A stretch of DNA of 64,000 nucleotides from the NCBI GenBank assembly GCA_002269645.1, contig NIVC01000479.1:62001-126000 (forward strand), in the 5' to 3' direction. Under the pieces are notes generated by a model. It was not told the origin of the DNA. It saw nothing but the letters and a program-made list of their open reading frames with translations, and did not search any database. The translations under genes were made by a program, and so were the position numbers. Source of the stretch: Macrostomum lignano (taxonomy: Eukaryota). Positions 47,879-61,500 of this stretch are shown piece by piece; positions within the stretch are counted from its first letter, which is position 1; the number at the start of each line of letters is the position of its first letter.

Positions 47879-50800
47879 ATGCGAAAGTTTTTTTTTAATC
47901 TTTCGACCTTCCTGCTGGTACTGTTATCATCCGTGATGCTGTGTCACCAGGCCGTAGGCGCTGCTGTTTGTCCTTCTGGCTGGATGTCCTACGGAAGCTA
48001 CTGCTACCGAGCTCTCTACGGTCCTGGCAGGACCTTTCAAGAGGCGAGAGCCGCATGTGCGGACTCTGGCGGCGACCTGCTGTGGGCGGAGACGCAGGAG
48101 GAACTGGACTGGGCCCTGCAGGGTGGCAGATTCGGCATCCGGGAGCATTGGGGGCAGTGTGGCAACTGCAGCCAGACGTACTCCGGCTGGATCGGCGCGC
48201 AGGGAGCGACGCTGAGCGACTCGCAGCAGAGCTCAGACTTGATCTGGCTGATGGACGGCAGTCCAGTTAGCTTCAAATTGTGAGTTATTTGAGCTGTTGC
48301 ACTAGCTGATTCAAACAAACGATTTAGTGGTTTAACGAATTTAACGAAAAAACAAGGCTACTACAATAACTTGGCTATTCTTAACAATCATTTTCAACTG
48401 CTTCCGCTTACTTAGTGAGCAAATAAATAAAGCTCACTTGAATTCGAAATAGATCGTTTTCGACTTGATGGTACATAAATAAGGTTTCTTCATTTGTTTT
48501 TAGTTGCTCTTAATATCTCATTAGAGCTGCTTAATTTTCCCCTTACACCCATGAGTTAGTACAAAAATACTCGTAAGGAAGCCTAAATAAAGTTGATTGA
48601 TACTCTACATACTTCAACCACTTTGCAGCTCGTGGTACCTTGGCAAGCCCAAACTGAGTCCCAACGACTTCGTATCCTTGACGGAAGCCACGAGCCCATC
48701 CAGGCTTAGGACGGATTTAAAGACGGACAAGAAGTTTCCCATCTGCAAGATGAATTCAAACAGCGAACGAGAGCCTTGTCCATCCAATGAATGGTTGCAG
48801 TTTGAAGGCTTCTGCTACCTTCTGGTCAAGGGATCCAACGGAAGGAATCTCACCGAGGCCGTGTCTGACTGTCGGAGACGAGACCCATCTGCTCACCTGC
48901 TCTGGGTCACGTCTCAAGCCGAGATGGACTGGGTGATGGACTTCTCAGATAGAAACTGGAGTCTCAGAGAAGACTACAGAGCTCAGTGCCGAGACTGCAG
49001 GTTTCAAGGAGATGCCGCCTGGACCGGACTGTACAGAGACGAGGCAGACGGAGGGAATTTTAAGTGGCTCAAAGATAACTCTAATGTAGATGTCACAGTG
49101 TGGGTGATGCATTTAATGATTGCTTAATTAACTCAAATCAATTCCAACACTATAGGCTTCTTTTCAGTATACCCATATTATTTGTTTGTATTTCAGGAAA
49201 TGGTTTGTCTTAGATCCCGGTAATCCACCAAGAAACTATGCTTACATTTATGGAACAACGAACGACTTGTACTTCCGAACCTACTCGCCTGAAGCCAAGC
49301 ACTATCACTTCTGCAAAGCGCCTGTGTTTGTCAGCACAACGGCGCCCACTGGTGTGACAGCAACAACAACTATTGCAACAAGGGAGCCGACATCAACTCA
49401 TGAAACTGTTACTTCGCCACCCACTAGTTCAGACCTGACTACTCCGCAATCGACACATGAAACATCTACCGATTTGTCAACGACCAACACAGCTCCTCAA
49501 GGTGCCTGTCCGTCACAGAACTGGCTGCAATTCAGCGGCTTCTGCTATCTCCTGGTCAAGGGATCCAACGGACGAAACCTCACGGAGGCCATGTCTGACT
49601 GTCAGAGACGAGACCCATCTGCTCACCTTCTCTGGGTCACGTCTCAAGCCGAGATGGACTGGGTGATGGACTTCTCAGCAAGAAACTGGAGACTCAGAGA
49701 AGACTACAGAGCTCAGTGCCGAGACTGCAGGAACCTGGGAGATGCCGCCTGGACCGGACTGTACAGAGACGAGGCAGACGGAGGGAATTTCAAGTGGCTC
49801 ATTGATAACTCCAATCTAGATGTTACCGTGTAAGTGATGCATTTAAATTTGCTTATAGTTCTTACAATTGGCTTTAGCTCTATTTCAAACATAAGTAAAT
49901 TTCATTCATTTCAGGAATTGGTTTTTTTTAGAGCCTGGTAATCCACCAAGAAACTATGGCTACATTTATGAAACAGTGAGCAGCTTGTACTTCCGAACCT
50001 ACTCGCCTGAATCCAAGCACTATCACTTCTGTAAAGCGCCTGTGTTTGTTAGCACAACAGCGCCAACGCATACGCCAACAACAACGAATATCCTAACAAC
50101 AGAATCGACAACATTAGTGACATCCGAGTCTACAACACAAACTGGGCCTACTTCTAGCTCAAGTGTTACAACGTCTGCCACAATACTAGCTGATTATACG
50201 ACATATAGCAAGTCGACACCAGACACAACACAGACTGAATCTACAATTGAGGCAACACAGAGCCAGTGGACACCAGACACAACACCGACTGAATCTACGA
50301 TTGAGGCAACACAGAGCCAATCGACACCAGACACAACACCGAATGAGTCTACAATCGAATCAACGCAGGGCCAGTCGACACCAGACACAACACAGACTGA
50401 ATCTACAATTGAGGCAACACAGAGCCAGTCGACACCAGACACAACGCAGACTGAATCTACAATTGAGGCAACACAGAGCCAGTCGAAACCAGACACAACA
50501 CCGAATGAGTCTACAATCGAATCAACGCAGAGCCAGTCGACACCAGACACAACACAGACTGAATCTACAATTGAGGCAACACAGAGCCAGTGGACACCAG
50601 ACACAACACCGAATGAGTCTACAATCGAATCAACGCAGAGCCAGTCGACACCAGACACAACACCGACTGAATCTACAGTTGAGGCAACACAGAGCCAGTC
50701 GACACCAGACACAACACCGACTGAATCTACAATTGAGGCAACACAGAGCCAGTCGACACCAGACACAACACAGACTGAATCTACAATTGAGGCAACACAG

Positions 50801-52726
50801 AGCCAGTCGACACCAGACACAACACAGACTGAATCTACAATTGAGGCAACACAGAGCCAGTCGACACCAGACACAACACCGAATGAGTCTACAATCGAAT
50901 CAACGCAGAGCCAGTCGACACCAGACACAACACCGACTGAATCTACAATTGAGGCAACACAGAGCCAGTGGACACCAGACACAACACCGAATGAGTCTAC
51001 AATCGAATCAACGCAGAGCCAGTCGACACCAGATACAACACCGACTGAATCTACGATTGAGGCAACACAGAGCCAGTCGACACCAGACACAACACCGACT
51101 GAATCTACAGTTGAGGCAACACAGAGCCAGTCGACACCAGACACAACACAGACTGAATCTACAATTGAGGCAACACAGAGCCAGTCGACACCAGACACAA
51201 CACCAACTGAATCTACAATTGAGACAACACAGAGCCAGTCGACACCAGACACAACACAGACTGAATCTACAATTGAGACAACACAGAGCCAGTCGACACC
51301 AGACACAACACAGACTGAATCTACAATTGAGACAACACAGAGCCAGTCGACACCAGACACAACACCGACTGAATCTACAATTGAGACAACACAGAGCCAG
51401 TCGACACAAGAGGCAACACAGAGCCAGTCGACACCAGACGCAACACCGACTGAATCTACAATTGAAGCAACACAGAGTCATTCAACACCAGACACAATAC
51501 TGACTGAATCTACAATGGAGACAACACAGAGCCAGTCGACACCAGACACAACGCAGACTGAATCTACAATTGAGGCAACACAGAGCCAGTCGACACCAGA
51601 CACAACACCGACTGAATCTACAATTGAGACAACACAGAGCCAGTCGACACCAGACACAACACCGACTGAATCTACAATTGAGGCAACACAGAGCCAGACA
51701 ACACCAGAAGCAACGCAGAGCCAGACAACACCAGAAGCAACGCAGAGCCAGACAACACCAGAAGCAACGCAGAGCCAGACAACACCAGAAGCAACGCAGA
51801 GCCAGACAACACCAGAAGCAACGCAGAGCCAGACAACATCAGAGGCAACACAGAGCCAGACAACACCAGAAGCAACGCAGAGCCAGACAACACCAGAGGC
51901 AACACAGAGCCAGACAACACCAGAAGCAACGCAGAGCCAGACAACATCAGAAGCAACGCAGAGCCAGACAACACCAGAAGCAACGCAGAGCCAGAAAACA
52001 TCAGAAGCAACGCAGAGCCAGACAACACCAGAGGCAACGCAGAGCCAGACAACATCAGAAGCAACGCAGAGCCAGACAACACCAGAAGCAACGCAGAGCC
52101 AGACAACACCAGAGGCAACGCAGAGCCAGACAACACCAGAGGCAACACAGAGCCAGACAACATCATCACCGACAGATTTTACACTCAGGACGTCAACAAG
52201 CCCGTCAACTGCAGAAAAAATGAGCACTGCTCAAACAACGGAACCTACATCGAGTCAAACAGCTTCCGAAACCACCGTAGCATCACCCATTACCTCGAGA
52301 ATGGAAACCACCCTTGTACAGTCAACACTGACGACTTCGGACAGTCAAGATACTTCAATTACGATGCGGCATTCAACAACAGCGAGCCGGGCTTCAACTT
52401 CAGGTTTCGACAGCACCACAATTGTCACCAGCTCTGATCTGACTCAGCCAGAGGGCGGTTTACCAATGCTGTACGTGCACATCATCTGGATCAGCTCGGT
52501 CTCTGTCGTAGCTGCAGCAGTTGCTGCCGCCGTTATCTACTTCAAATTCTTTGCCTCCGCCCAGGCCGCAGGTGCTGCGCAGTCGGCCGTGAATGGCGGA
52601 TTCTTAGATGACGTAAGTCACGTGACGCGTAACGGAATTTCTAATATTCAATTGGACACACCAACCTCTGTCTCTGTGTCGATGGAACCAGTTGGTAGCG
52701 ATGCGGTGAAAACAAGCGTCATTTAA
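47879..52726 (+). CDS. Type-I membrane C-type-lectin-domain/mucin receptor, ~1438 aa (SP-3xCTLD-mucin stalk-TM-tail); join(47879..48279,48629..49099,49197..49829,49915..52726)
   Basis: Signal peptide; CP..W..(Y/F)..(Y/F)CY...A...C...L...WIG/WTG CTLD motifs; 18-aa (STPDTTQTESTIEATQSQ) and 9-aa (TTPEATQSQ) S/T repeats; hydrophobic TM; ends TSVI*. Exons total 4317 nt in frame, with phase-2 introns. Confidence 0.85.
50190..52165 (+). repeat. Coding 54-bp then 27-bp tandem repeats forming the mucin stalk
   Basis: Periodicity is seen in both DNA and translation. Confidence 0.95.
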
Positions 52727-53311
52727 ATTGGCGTTACTCTGTACTTTTTGAATATTTATTGCGAAAAACACGCTTGCCTTTTCTTAGAAACAGGTAGCTT
52801 AAAGAGCTACCTGTTTAGTTTTGAGCTTTGACTGCAAATACTTTTATTTCAAATATTGTTTATCTCTGATTGAAGGTCTTTCGATTGAGTCTTTTTATCA
52901 TGTACGCGCCTTAAAGTTTTGTACCTGTTTTCGGATTCTAAATGAAACAATCCTGAAACTTTAATTAAAGAACTTGATTTTCAACTAGATAAAGACCACT
53001 GTAAACTGTTACCTGAGATTGAAGGATATCCAAACACTATGATCGAAATTACAAACGAAACTCGAAACTGTGATCGAAACAGGAACTACTTTTGTGTACG
53101 TTTTTAACGTTACTTACGCAATATCGTTTATGAAAGAAAGGATGCTTAATTTCTGTTAGCAAGCTATATTTAAATTCCAACTAAGCGCAAGATATAGGGA
53201 CCATAAGGGAAACCTTAAAATGGGCACTTGGATGTGTGATTGATGGTATCATGAGGTTGATAGTATAGAATTCAAATCAAAAGGAATAGTAGCATATACT
53301 AGCCATAGGCA

Positions 53312-53550
53312 GCTCTGAGTAGCTCAGAGTAGATCAGAGTAGCTCAGAGTAGCTCTGAGTAGCTCTGAGTAGCCCAGAGTAGCTCAGAGTAGCTCAGAGT
53401 AGCTCAGAGTAGCTCTGAGTAGCCCAGAGTAGCTCAGAGTAGCTCAGAGTAGCTCAGAGTAGCTTAGAGTAGCTTAGAGTAGCTTAGACTAGCTCAGAGT
53501 AGCTCAGAGTAGCTCAGAGTAGCTCAGAGTAGCTCAGAGTAGCTCAGGGT
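53312..53550. repeat. 10-bp minisatellite (AGTAGCTCAG)n
   Basis: Direct tandem run. Confidence 0.93.
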
Positions 53551-53957
53551 AGAATGCCTAAAGTTGCAAGTAACAGTTTCAGGCCAAGTTCATTACAGGA
53601 ATAACAGGACAAGAGATGTTTGATAGTACACTTGTAATTGTATCTGCTCCTGCTCATTAGGTCAGATAAAGCCATTGCAAAAATGCCTATGTGATGTTAT
53701 GCAATAGTTTTGACATTTTTTACTCCAGTGATGTAGAGGTTGGAATGTAAAAAACTGAAGTCAAACCCGTATACAGATCATTATCTGTGACTGTTATCGA
53801 AAGTATTCACGGCGTAGAAAATACTGTGTAGAAGAGAATTTCCAGCCCTTATTTATTTTTTTAATGAGCAATGTACTCGTCAGAAGACTTCTGGGTGCTA
53901 GTGGGGCATATCGACTTGATTAATTATGATCGTAGCTGCATTTTACTCACTAGCTCT

Positions 53958-55322
53958 ACTGGTAGTTAGATCCAGACTGGTAGAGCAGAAGTGGTAGTTA
54001 GATCCAGACTGGTAGAGCAGAAGTGGTAGTTAGATCCAGACTGGTAGAGCAGAAGTGGTAGTTAGATCCAGACTGGTAGAACAGAAGTGGTAGTTAGATC
54101 CAGACTGGTAGAACAGAAGTGGTAGTTAGATCCAGACTGGTAGAACAGAAGTGGTAGTTAGATCCAGACTGGTAGAACAGAAGTGGTAGTTAGATCCAGA
54201 CTGCTAGAGCAGAAGTGGTAGTTAGATCCAGACTGCTAGAGCAGAAGTGGTAGTTAGATCCAGACTGGTAGAACAGAAGTGGTAGTTAGATCCAGACTGG
54301 TAGAACAGAAGTGGTAGTTAGATCCAGACTGGTAGAACAGAAGTGGTAGTTAGATCCAGACTGGTAGAACAGAAGTGGTAGTTAGATCCAGACTGGTAGA
54401 ACAGAAGTGGTAGTTAGATCCAGACTGCTAGAGCAGAAGTGGTAGTTAGATCCAGACTGCTAGAGCAGAAGTGGTAGTTAGATCCAGACTGGTAGAACAG
54501 AAGTGGTAGCTAGATCCAGACTGGTAGAACAGAAGTGGTAGTTAGATCCAGACTGCTAGAGCAGAAGTGGTAGTTAGATCCAGACTTTAGAGCAGAAGTG
54601 GTAGTTAGATCCAGACTGGTAGAGCAGAAGTGGTAGTTAGATCCAGACTGCTAGAGCAGAAGTGGTAGTTAGATCCAGACTGGTAGAACAGAAGTGGTAG
54701 TTAGATTCAGACTGGTAGAACAGAAGTGGTAGTTAGATCCAGACTGGTAGAGCAGAAGTGGTAGTTAGATCCAGACTGGTAGAGCGGAAGTGGTAGTTAG
54801 ATCCAGACTGGTAGAGCAGAAGTGGTAGTTAGATCCAGACTGGTAGAGCGGAAGTGGTAGTTAGATCCAGACTGGTTGAGCAGAAGCACGGTAGCTAGAT
54901 CCAGACTGGTAGAACAGAAGTGGTAGTTAGATCCAGACTGGTTGAGCAGAAGCACGGTAGCTAGATCCAGACTGGTAGAACAGAAGTGGTAGTTAGATCC
55001 AGACTGGTTGAGCAGAAGCACGGTAGCTAGATCCAGACTGGTAAAACAGAAGTGGTAGTTAGATCCAGACTGGTAGAACAGAAGTGGTAGCTAGATCCAG
55101 ACTGGTAGAACAGAAGTGGTAGTTAGATCCAGACTGGTAGAACAGAAGTGGTAGCTAGATCCAGACTGGTAAAACAGAAGTGGTAGTTAGATCCAGACTG
55201 GTAGAACAGAAGTGGTAGCTAGATCCAGACTGGTAGAACAGAAGTGGTAGCTAGATCCAGACTGGTAGAACAAAAGTGGTAGTTAGATCTAGACTGGTGG
55301 AACAGAAGTGGTAGTTAGATCG
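53958..55322. repeat. 32-bp minisatellite (~42 units), intergenic
   Basis: GTAGTTAGATCCAGACTGGTAGAACAGAAGTG, period 32, with no spacers. Confidence 0.95.
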
Positions 55323-55542
55323 AACTTTACCAAATAGTGCATCAGATTTTTGCGAAAAAATGGTTACTTTATCTGGCCATAAACCTTATTTTCTTTTTCT
55401 CTCTTATCTTTAGCTGACAAGCTGTGCAATTTTACACTATATCTGCCTGAGGTCTCAGAATCAAGAGTGGTCTTAGAGAAACGAGCGCAGACTGTGCTCA
55501 GACTAGTATACTTAAAAGATTAATTAACTTTCTCCACTCAAG

Positions 55543-58500
55543 ATGAGGTCGAATTGGAATCTCTCATGCTTTTTAATCCTGAGCTGCTGTTTAATTAGCT
55601 CAAATGTGCAGGCAAACATCAGGTGCGGCGTTGCCAACCCAAACCAAGTCGACAAAATCACCCTAGCGATTGTTCGTCGATCAACTGTGTCGGAAATCAT
55701 TGTCGATTGGCTGCAGCCATCGACCGTACCGGAGCTATGGGACTTTCACTACGTGCTCAGTTGTCCCGGCTGTACAGGTCACGAACAGCAAATCACCACC
55801 TCGGGTACCACGTACAAATTTTCCGGATTGATTCCCGCCATGGAATACGTAGTGTCGCTGCAGGCTGGGCATCGCGACTGCGAATTGAGTCCGTCCTACG
55901 TTTTGAATGCCAAGACAGGTGAGACAGAGTGAAGCATAAGGCAATTTGAACACGGGTTTTTGTTACTGATGACAGATGTTTACGCAGGCGGGCACTAACA
56001 CAGTGTGTTCAGCAGCCCTGACTTTCTTATCATCAGGCAATGTACATACCTTGTGTCAGCCTTGGGGCCTGACCTCTGACCTTCATAGGCGAGAATTGCC
56101 TAAATGTCAATTTTAACAGCGGAATGGCAAACCATCTTTCCACCCGTCGAGTTACCAAGGGGGGACACAATTGTTTTTACTGCGCCAGAACGATGCAACT
56201 CAGGCACACGAAACTCCAGAACACGGGCAAACTTTTTGTTGCGCAACTTCTCAAACAAGAATCAAGTTGCCAGCCCTCCGGACCGTCGAGATATTCGACG
56301 ATTCTGCCTTCAACAGGTTGAGAATTACCAAAAGTTGAATTTTGCCCATTACTGATGCTCGGTCAGCGACATCGAAGACATTTGCAACAGTGTGTCCATA
56401 GTCACCTGGTGCCACCTGTTGAAGGTGCTGACGGCGTCGGGGTGATGACGGAATGTTTGAAAGACTAGCTGAGGATGTCCAGCAGTTGAGGCTTGCTCAC
56501 TGTCAATAAGGCTTGATTAGCGAAACTAGAGAAATTTGAACCAGGGTGTCCATAGTCATCTGGTGCCACCTGCTGAAGGTCCAGAAGCTCCCCCCTGGGT
56601 AAAGGCCAGTGACCAACGAAATCGGAGCTGATGCAGACACGTGTTTGACACGTGTTTGACGACGCACAGAGGTATACTGAATACACCGAAGCTTATGGAA
56701 AAAATCCGACCTTCTGTCAGAATCGTCAAATATCTCTACGGTCCGGAGGGCTGGCGACTTGATTCTTGTTTGAGAAGGTGCGCAACAAAAAGTTAACCCG
56801 TGTTCCTGAATTTCGTGTGCCTGAGTTGCTTTGTTCCGGCGCAGCAAAAAATTGTCAGGGGGGGGGCCTTTTCCGGCGGAAAAATGGCTTGGAATTTCTA
56901 CTGCTATGCACAAGCACCAAATTCAACGAATTCAAGAAATTCATCTAAATCGAACCCATAGATCACGCGCACTGTGCGTGGCAGTTCTCTGCCTAATTTA
57001 GCATTTAACCTTGAATCGCCGCGCACTACCGATGGCGTGATTTCACGCGGCAGTTGCATGATAGTCTCGTTTAATTGATAAATATCTAACAAATAAGTAC
57101 TAACTCGAAGCCTCATATCGTCAGCCCTCAGCAATCTACCAGAGCCGTTGCACTTCTCTGACATCGATGAGACCAGTTTTCGAGTCCATTGGGTTCCATC
57201 GCCCGATGTTGGCATTCGTTACGAAGTCAGCTGCGCAGGAATTGTCGATGGCGACAGTGTCCTGTGCAGGAATCTGCAATCTGGCGCCAGCATCGATGTG
57301 ACAGTTCGAACTGTGAAGCCGGGATTTCCTCAGTCTAGTTATGTTCGAGGCACGGCGCTTACCAGTAAGCAGTTATTAGCTATATTTCGGTGCCATAATC
57401 TATTTTTGTAAAAACTGCATGCTTTGGGAAAAAGAGACATTTGTAAGCAATCACGCTAAAAGTACATTCTAGAAATTTCAATATAAAAGATTATATTTCA
57501 GTGCATGTTATAAGCTTATTTCTAATTGACTTTCAATAATTATAATGCCTTGTTTTTTCGGAAGAATATTCTGTAGCACCATGTTGCTACTTTTGTTTTC
57601 CCGAGAAAATCTTTTAAAAGAAGTTTCTGGTTAACATTTAAAATTATTAATACACAGCAGGTAGTCTTAGAGAGAGTCATAAGATTTTTATAAGAGATCT
57701 AGAAATGCACTAAAGCCCAAATTTATTTATTGGAACCGCCACCTTTGCTTTGGCAAAAGTTGTTGCGAAAAACAATATTCGTGTTTTTCGAATGTTGTTC
57801 AAACCGCAATTTGAATTTTGTGCACTTTCGTTGCTACGTTCATGATGACCTCCATACCTGTTTCAGTGGACATGTATTTGCAAAACAAAATTTCAGAACT
57901 ATTCCCCATAGATGCCAACGAAGTTCAATACGCGGTGTACGAGAGTGGCATTACAGTGAGCTGGTCGGAGTCCAACACTCCAGGAGTCACCTACGCGCTC
58001 ACCTGCAGTCGTGTCGGCACTAACAGCGATGTCACAGTTGTCAAATCGACGGTTCCGACGGCTACATGCAAAAATTTGCACACAGGTCTTGAGTACAATC
58101 TGAGCGTGATCGTTCAGAAGCCTGGTGGATTTGAGGACACTGTCACTTATTTAGGCACTCGACATATTGGTATGTTCAAAACGTTTGTCAGAAGTAGTTC
58201 ATTCAGACTATGGCGTTTCTATGACGCCACCTATGGACCCCATAGAGACTCATCATAATGACAGCCGTTGATGCCTAAACATGCCGTCTTAAGTGAGCAT
58301 GACGACCCAAAAATACAGGAGCCAAATTACAATGCGAAATGGGGTTATTATTATTATTATTATACACTACACTCCACTCATAACTCCACTTTTGTGCAAA
58401 AATATAATAGAAGTAGCTGGCTAAGAAATAACAGCAGCACTGACGTCTACAGCAAAACAATCGACCGAATACACGACAGGGTCGAGTACAGAAAAAATAC

Positions 58501-61500
58501 GGAGCCACCGATAAAACCCTCAACAGAACGATCGAAAAAGTGACCAACAATAGCTTTAGCACCGTCAACGGAACGAAAAGCCGATCTGTTGACGGAATCA
58601 ATGCTCTCGTAACAGAGAGACTGACGATATGAATAACAGAAGGATAGACAGAACTACATCAACAAGAACGATCAACACAACAAACAACAGCACATCGTCA
58701 AAATCAGCAACAGAACTATTCACGGAACCAACACAACAGACAAACTTACGGAATAAAAAACAAATATACTGACAAAAAAATAACAGGATAACAGGATAAA
58801 GAATAGCTCGTAACAAGACACAGAACAACAAACGAAACGATCAATGAGAGGACAAATAGAACGCTTCACACAACCAACAACAGAAATTTCTTCCGAATCA
58901 ACAACAAAACGATTGACGGAAAAACAACAGTAACGATAAATGGAACAACAAAAAGATATTGACGGAACTACCAACAGAAAAAAACAGAACGACGAATAAC
59001 AAAATTTACAACGATTTCTTCAGTTTTTAAATTGACTGAGTCAGCAACAGACAGATGGATGAATCTACAAACCGAGCAATCGACAGGAGCACTATCGGAA
59101 TTTACGACAGAAATACTTAAAAACGTATGACAAAATATCATAAAAAGTCCACGGCACAGCAACTTACTAGCTGAATTTAGATTCAGCTTTGAAGTTAAAA
59201 AAACTGAAGGTTGAAAATACTTGTTTGTTTCTAGACCTGTGTATAATTTATTGCAGAGAAAACAACAGGGCCCAACGAGAACGAGGGTTCATGCCCATCA
59301 GTGGATTGGCAGCTGTTTAAAGGCTTCTGCTACCTTCTGGTCAAGGGATCCAACGGACGAAACCTCGCGGAGGCCGTGTCTGACTGTCAGAGACGAGACC
59401 CGTCTGCTCACCTGCTCTGGGTCACGTCTCAAGCCGAGATGGACTGGATGATGGACTTCTCAGCAAGGAACTGGAGACTCAGAGAAGACTACAGAGCTCA
59501 GTGCCGAGACTGCAGGAACCTGGGAGACGCCGCATGGACCGGACTGTACAGAGACGAGGCAGACGGAGGGAATTTCAAGTGGCTCATTGATAACTCCAAT
59601 CTAGATGTTACCGCGTAAGTGACGCATTTAAATTTGCTTATAGTTCTTACAATTTGCTTTAGCTCCATTTCAAACATAGGTAAATTTCATTCATTTCAGG
59701 AATTGGTTTTTTTTAGAGCCAGGTAATCCACCAAGAAACTATGGCTACATTTATGAAACAGTGAGCAGCTTTTACTTCCGAACCTACTCGCCTGAAGCCA
59801 AGCACTATCACTTCTGCAAAGCACCTGTGTTTGTCAGCACAACAGCGCCCACTGGTGCGACAGCAACAACAGCTATTGCAACAAGGGAGCCGAAAACAAC
59901 TCATGAAATTGTTACTTTGCCAACGATTAGTCCAAACCTAACTACTCTGCAGTCGACACCTGAAACAACTACCGTTATGCTTACGACCACCACAGCTCCT
60001 CGACGTGCCTGTCCGTCACAGGACTGGCTGCAGTTTAAGGGCTTCTGCTACCTCCTGGTCAAAGGATCCAACGGAAGGAACCTCACCGAGGCCGTGTCTG
60101 ACTGTCAGAGACGAGACCCGTCTGCTCACCTGCTCTGGGTCACGTCTCAATCTGAGATGGACTGGGTGATGGACACATCGGCTAGGAACTGGAGACTCAG
60201 AGAAGACTACAGAGATCAGTGCCGAGACTGCAGGTTTCAAGGAGACGCAGCGTGGACCGGACTGTACAGAGACGAGGCGGATGGAGGAAATTTCAAGTGG
60301 CTCATTGATAACTCCAATGTGGATGTTACCGTGTAAGTGATGCATTTAAAATTGCTCATGGTTCAAACATGGCTTTAGCTCCATTTCAAACATGAGTAAA
60401 CTTCATTCATTTCAGGAATTGGTTTGTTTTAGAGCCTGGTAATCCACCAAGAAACTATGGCTACATTTATGAAACAGTGAGCAGCTTGTACTTCCGAACC
60501 TACTCACCTGAAGCCAAGCACTATCACTTCTGCAAAGCGCCTGTGTTTGTCAGCACAACGGCGCCACTGCGTACACCAACATCAACGAGCATTCCAAAAA
60601 CAGAATCAACAACATTGATTACGTCCGAGTCTACAGCACAAACTGGGGCTAGTTCCAGCCCAAGTGTTACAACGTCTGCCGCAACACTAACTGATTACAC
60701 AACTGAATCCAGCATAAATACAAAATATAGCAAGTCAACAACCTACACAAAACTGACTGAATCTACGATTGAGGCAACACAGAGCCAGTCAACGCCAGAC
60801 ACAACACCGACTGAATCTACAATTGAGGCTTTTACTAGTCACTCACAATCTGAACCTGCGCCAACTTTCTTGATGACAAAGACTGAGTCTTCATTTCAAC
60901 CATCGACTATTTCGGAAACTCAAAGTACGTCACAACCGGACGGAAATCAAGGCTCGTGCCCATCAGAGGATTGGCTGAGGTTTGAAGGCTTCTGCTACCT
61001 TCTGGTCAAGGGATCCAACGGAAGGAACCTCACTGAGGCCGTGTCTGACTGTCGGAGACGAGACCCGTCTGCTCACCTGCTCTGGGTCACGTCTCAAGCC
61101 GAGATGGATTGGGTTACCGACTACTCAGAAAGGAACTGGAGACTCAAAGAAGACTACAGAGCTCAGTGCCGAGACTGCAGGTTTCAAGGAGACGCAGCGT
61201 GGACCGGACTGTACAGAGACGAGGCGGACGGAGGGAAGTTCAAGTGGCTCAAGGACAACACGAGCGTCAATGTCAGCGTGTGAGTTTTATATGTAATAGA
61301 CAAAAACGGATAAAACCTGAAACAGATCATTATTATACTGTACATGCAGAATCTCCCCCTTTCAGAATCTGGCTGGTCGGTCCCAGCAACCCGCCCATGA
61401 ACTTTGGCTTCCTGATGGACGCTCGACCGCAGTTGGTGTGGCGGACCTACCAACCTGAAGTCCGACACTTTCACCTCTGCAAGGCGCCTCAGCGACGACA

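Noticed and set aside
50194-52227. Antisense and alternative-frame ORFs over the mucin stalk
   Set aside because: Shadow frames of the coding S/T repeats.
53958-55322. 32-bp repeat array resembling CRISPR repeat length
   Set aside because: Units are contiguous with no unique spacers; eukaryotic context; no cas genes.
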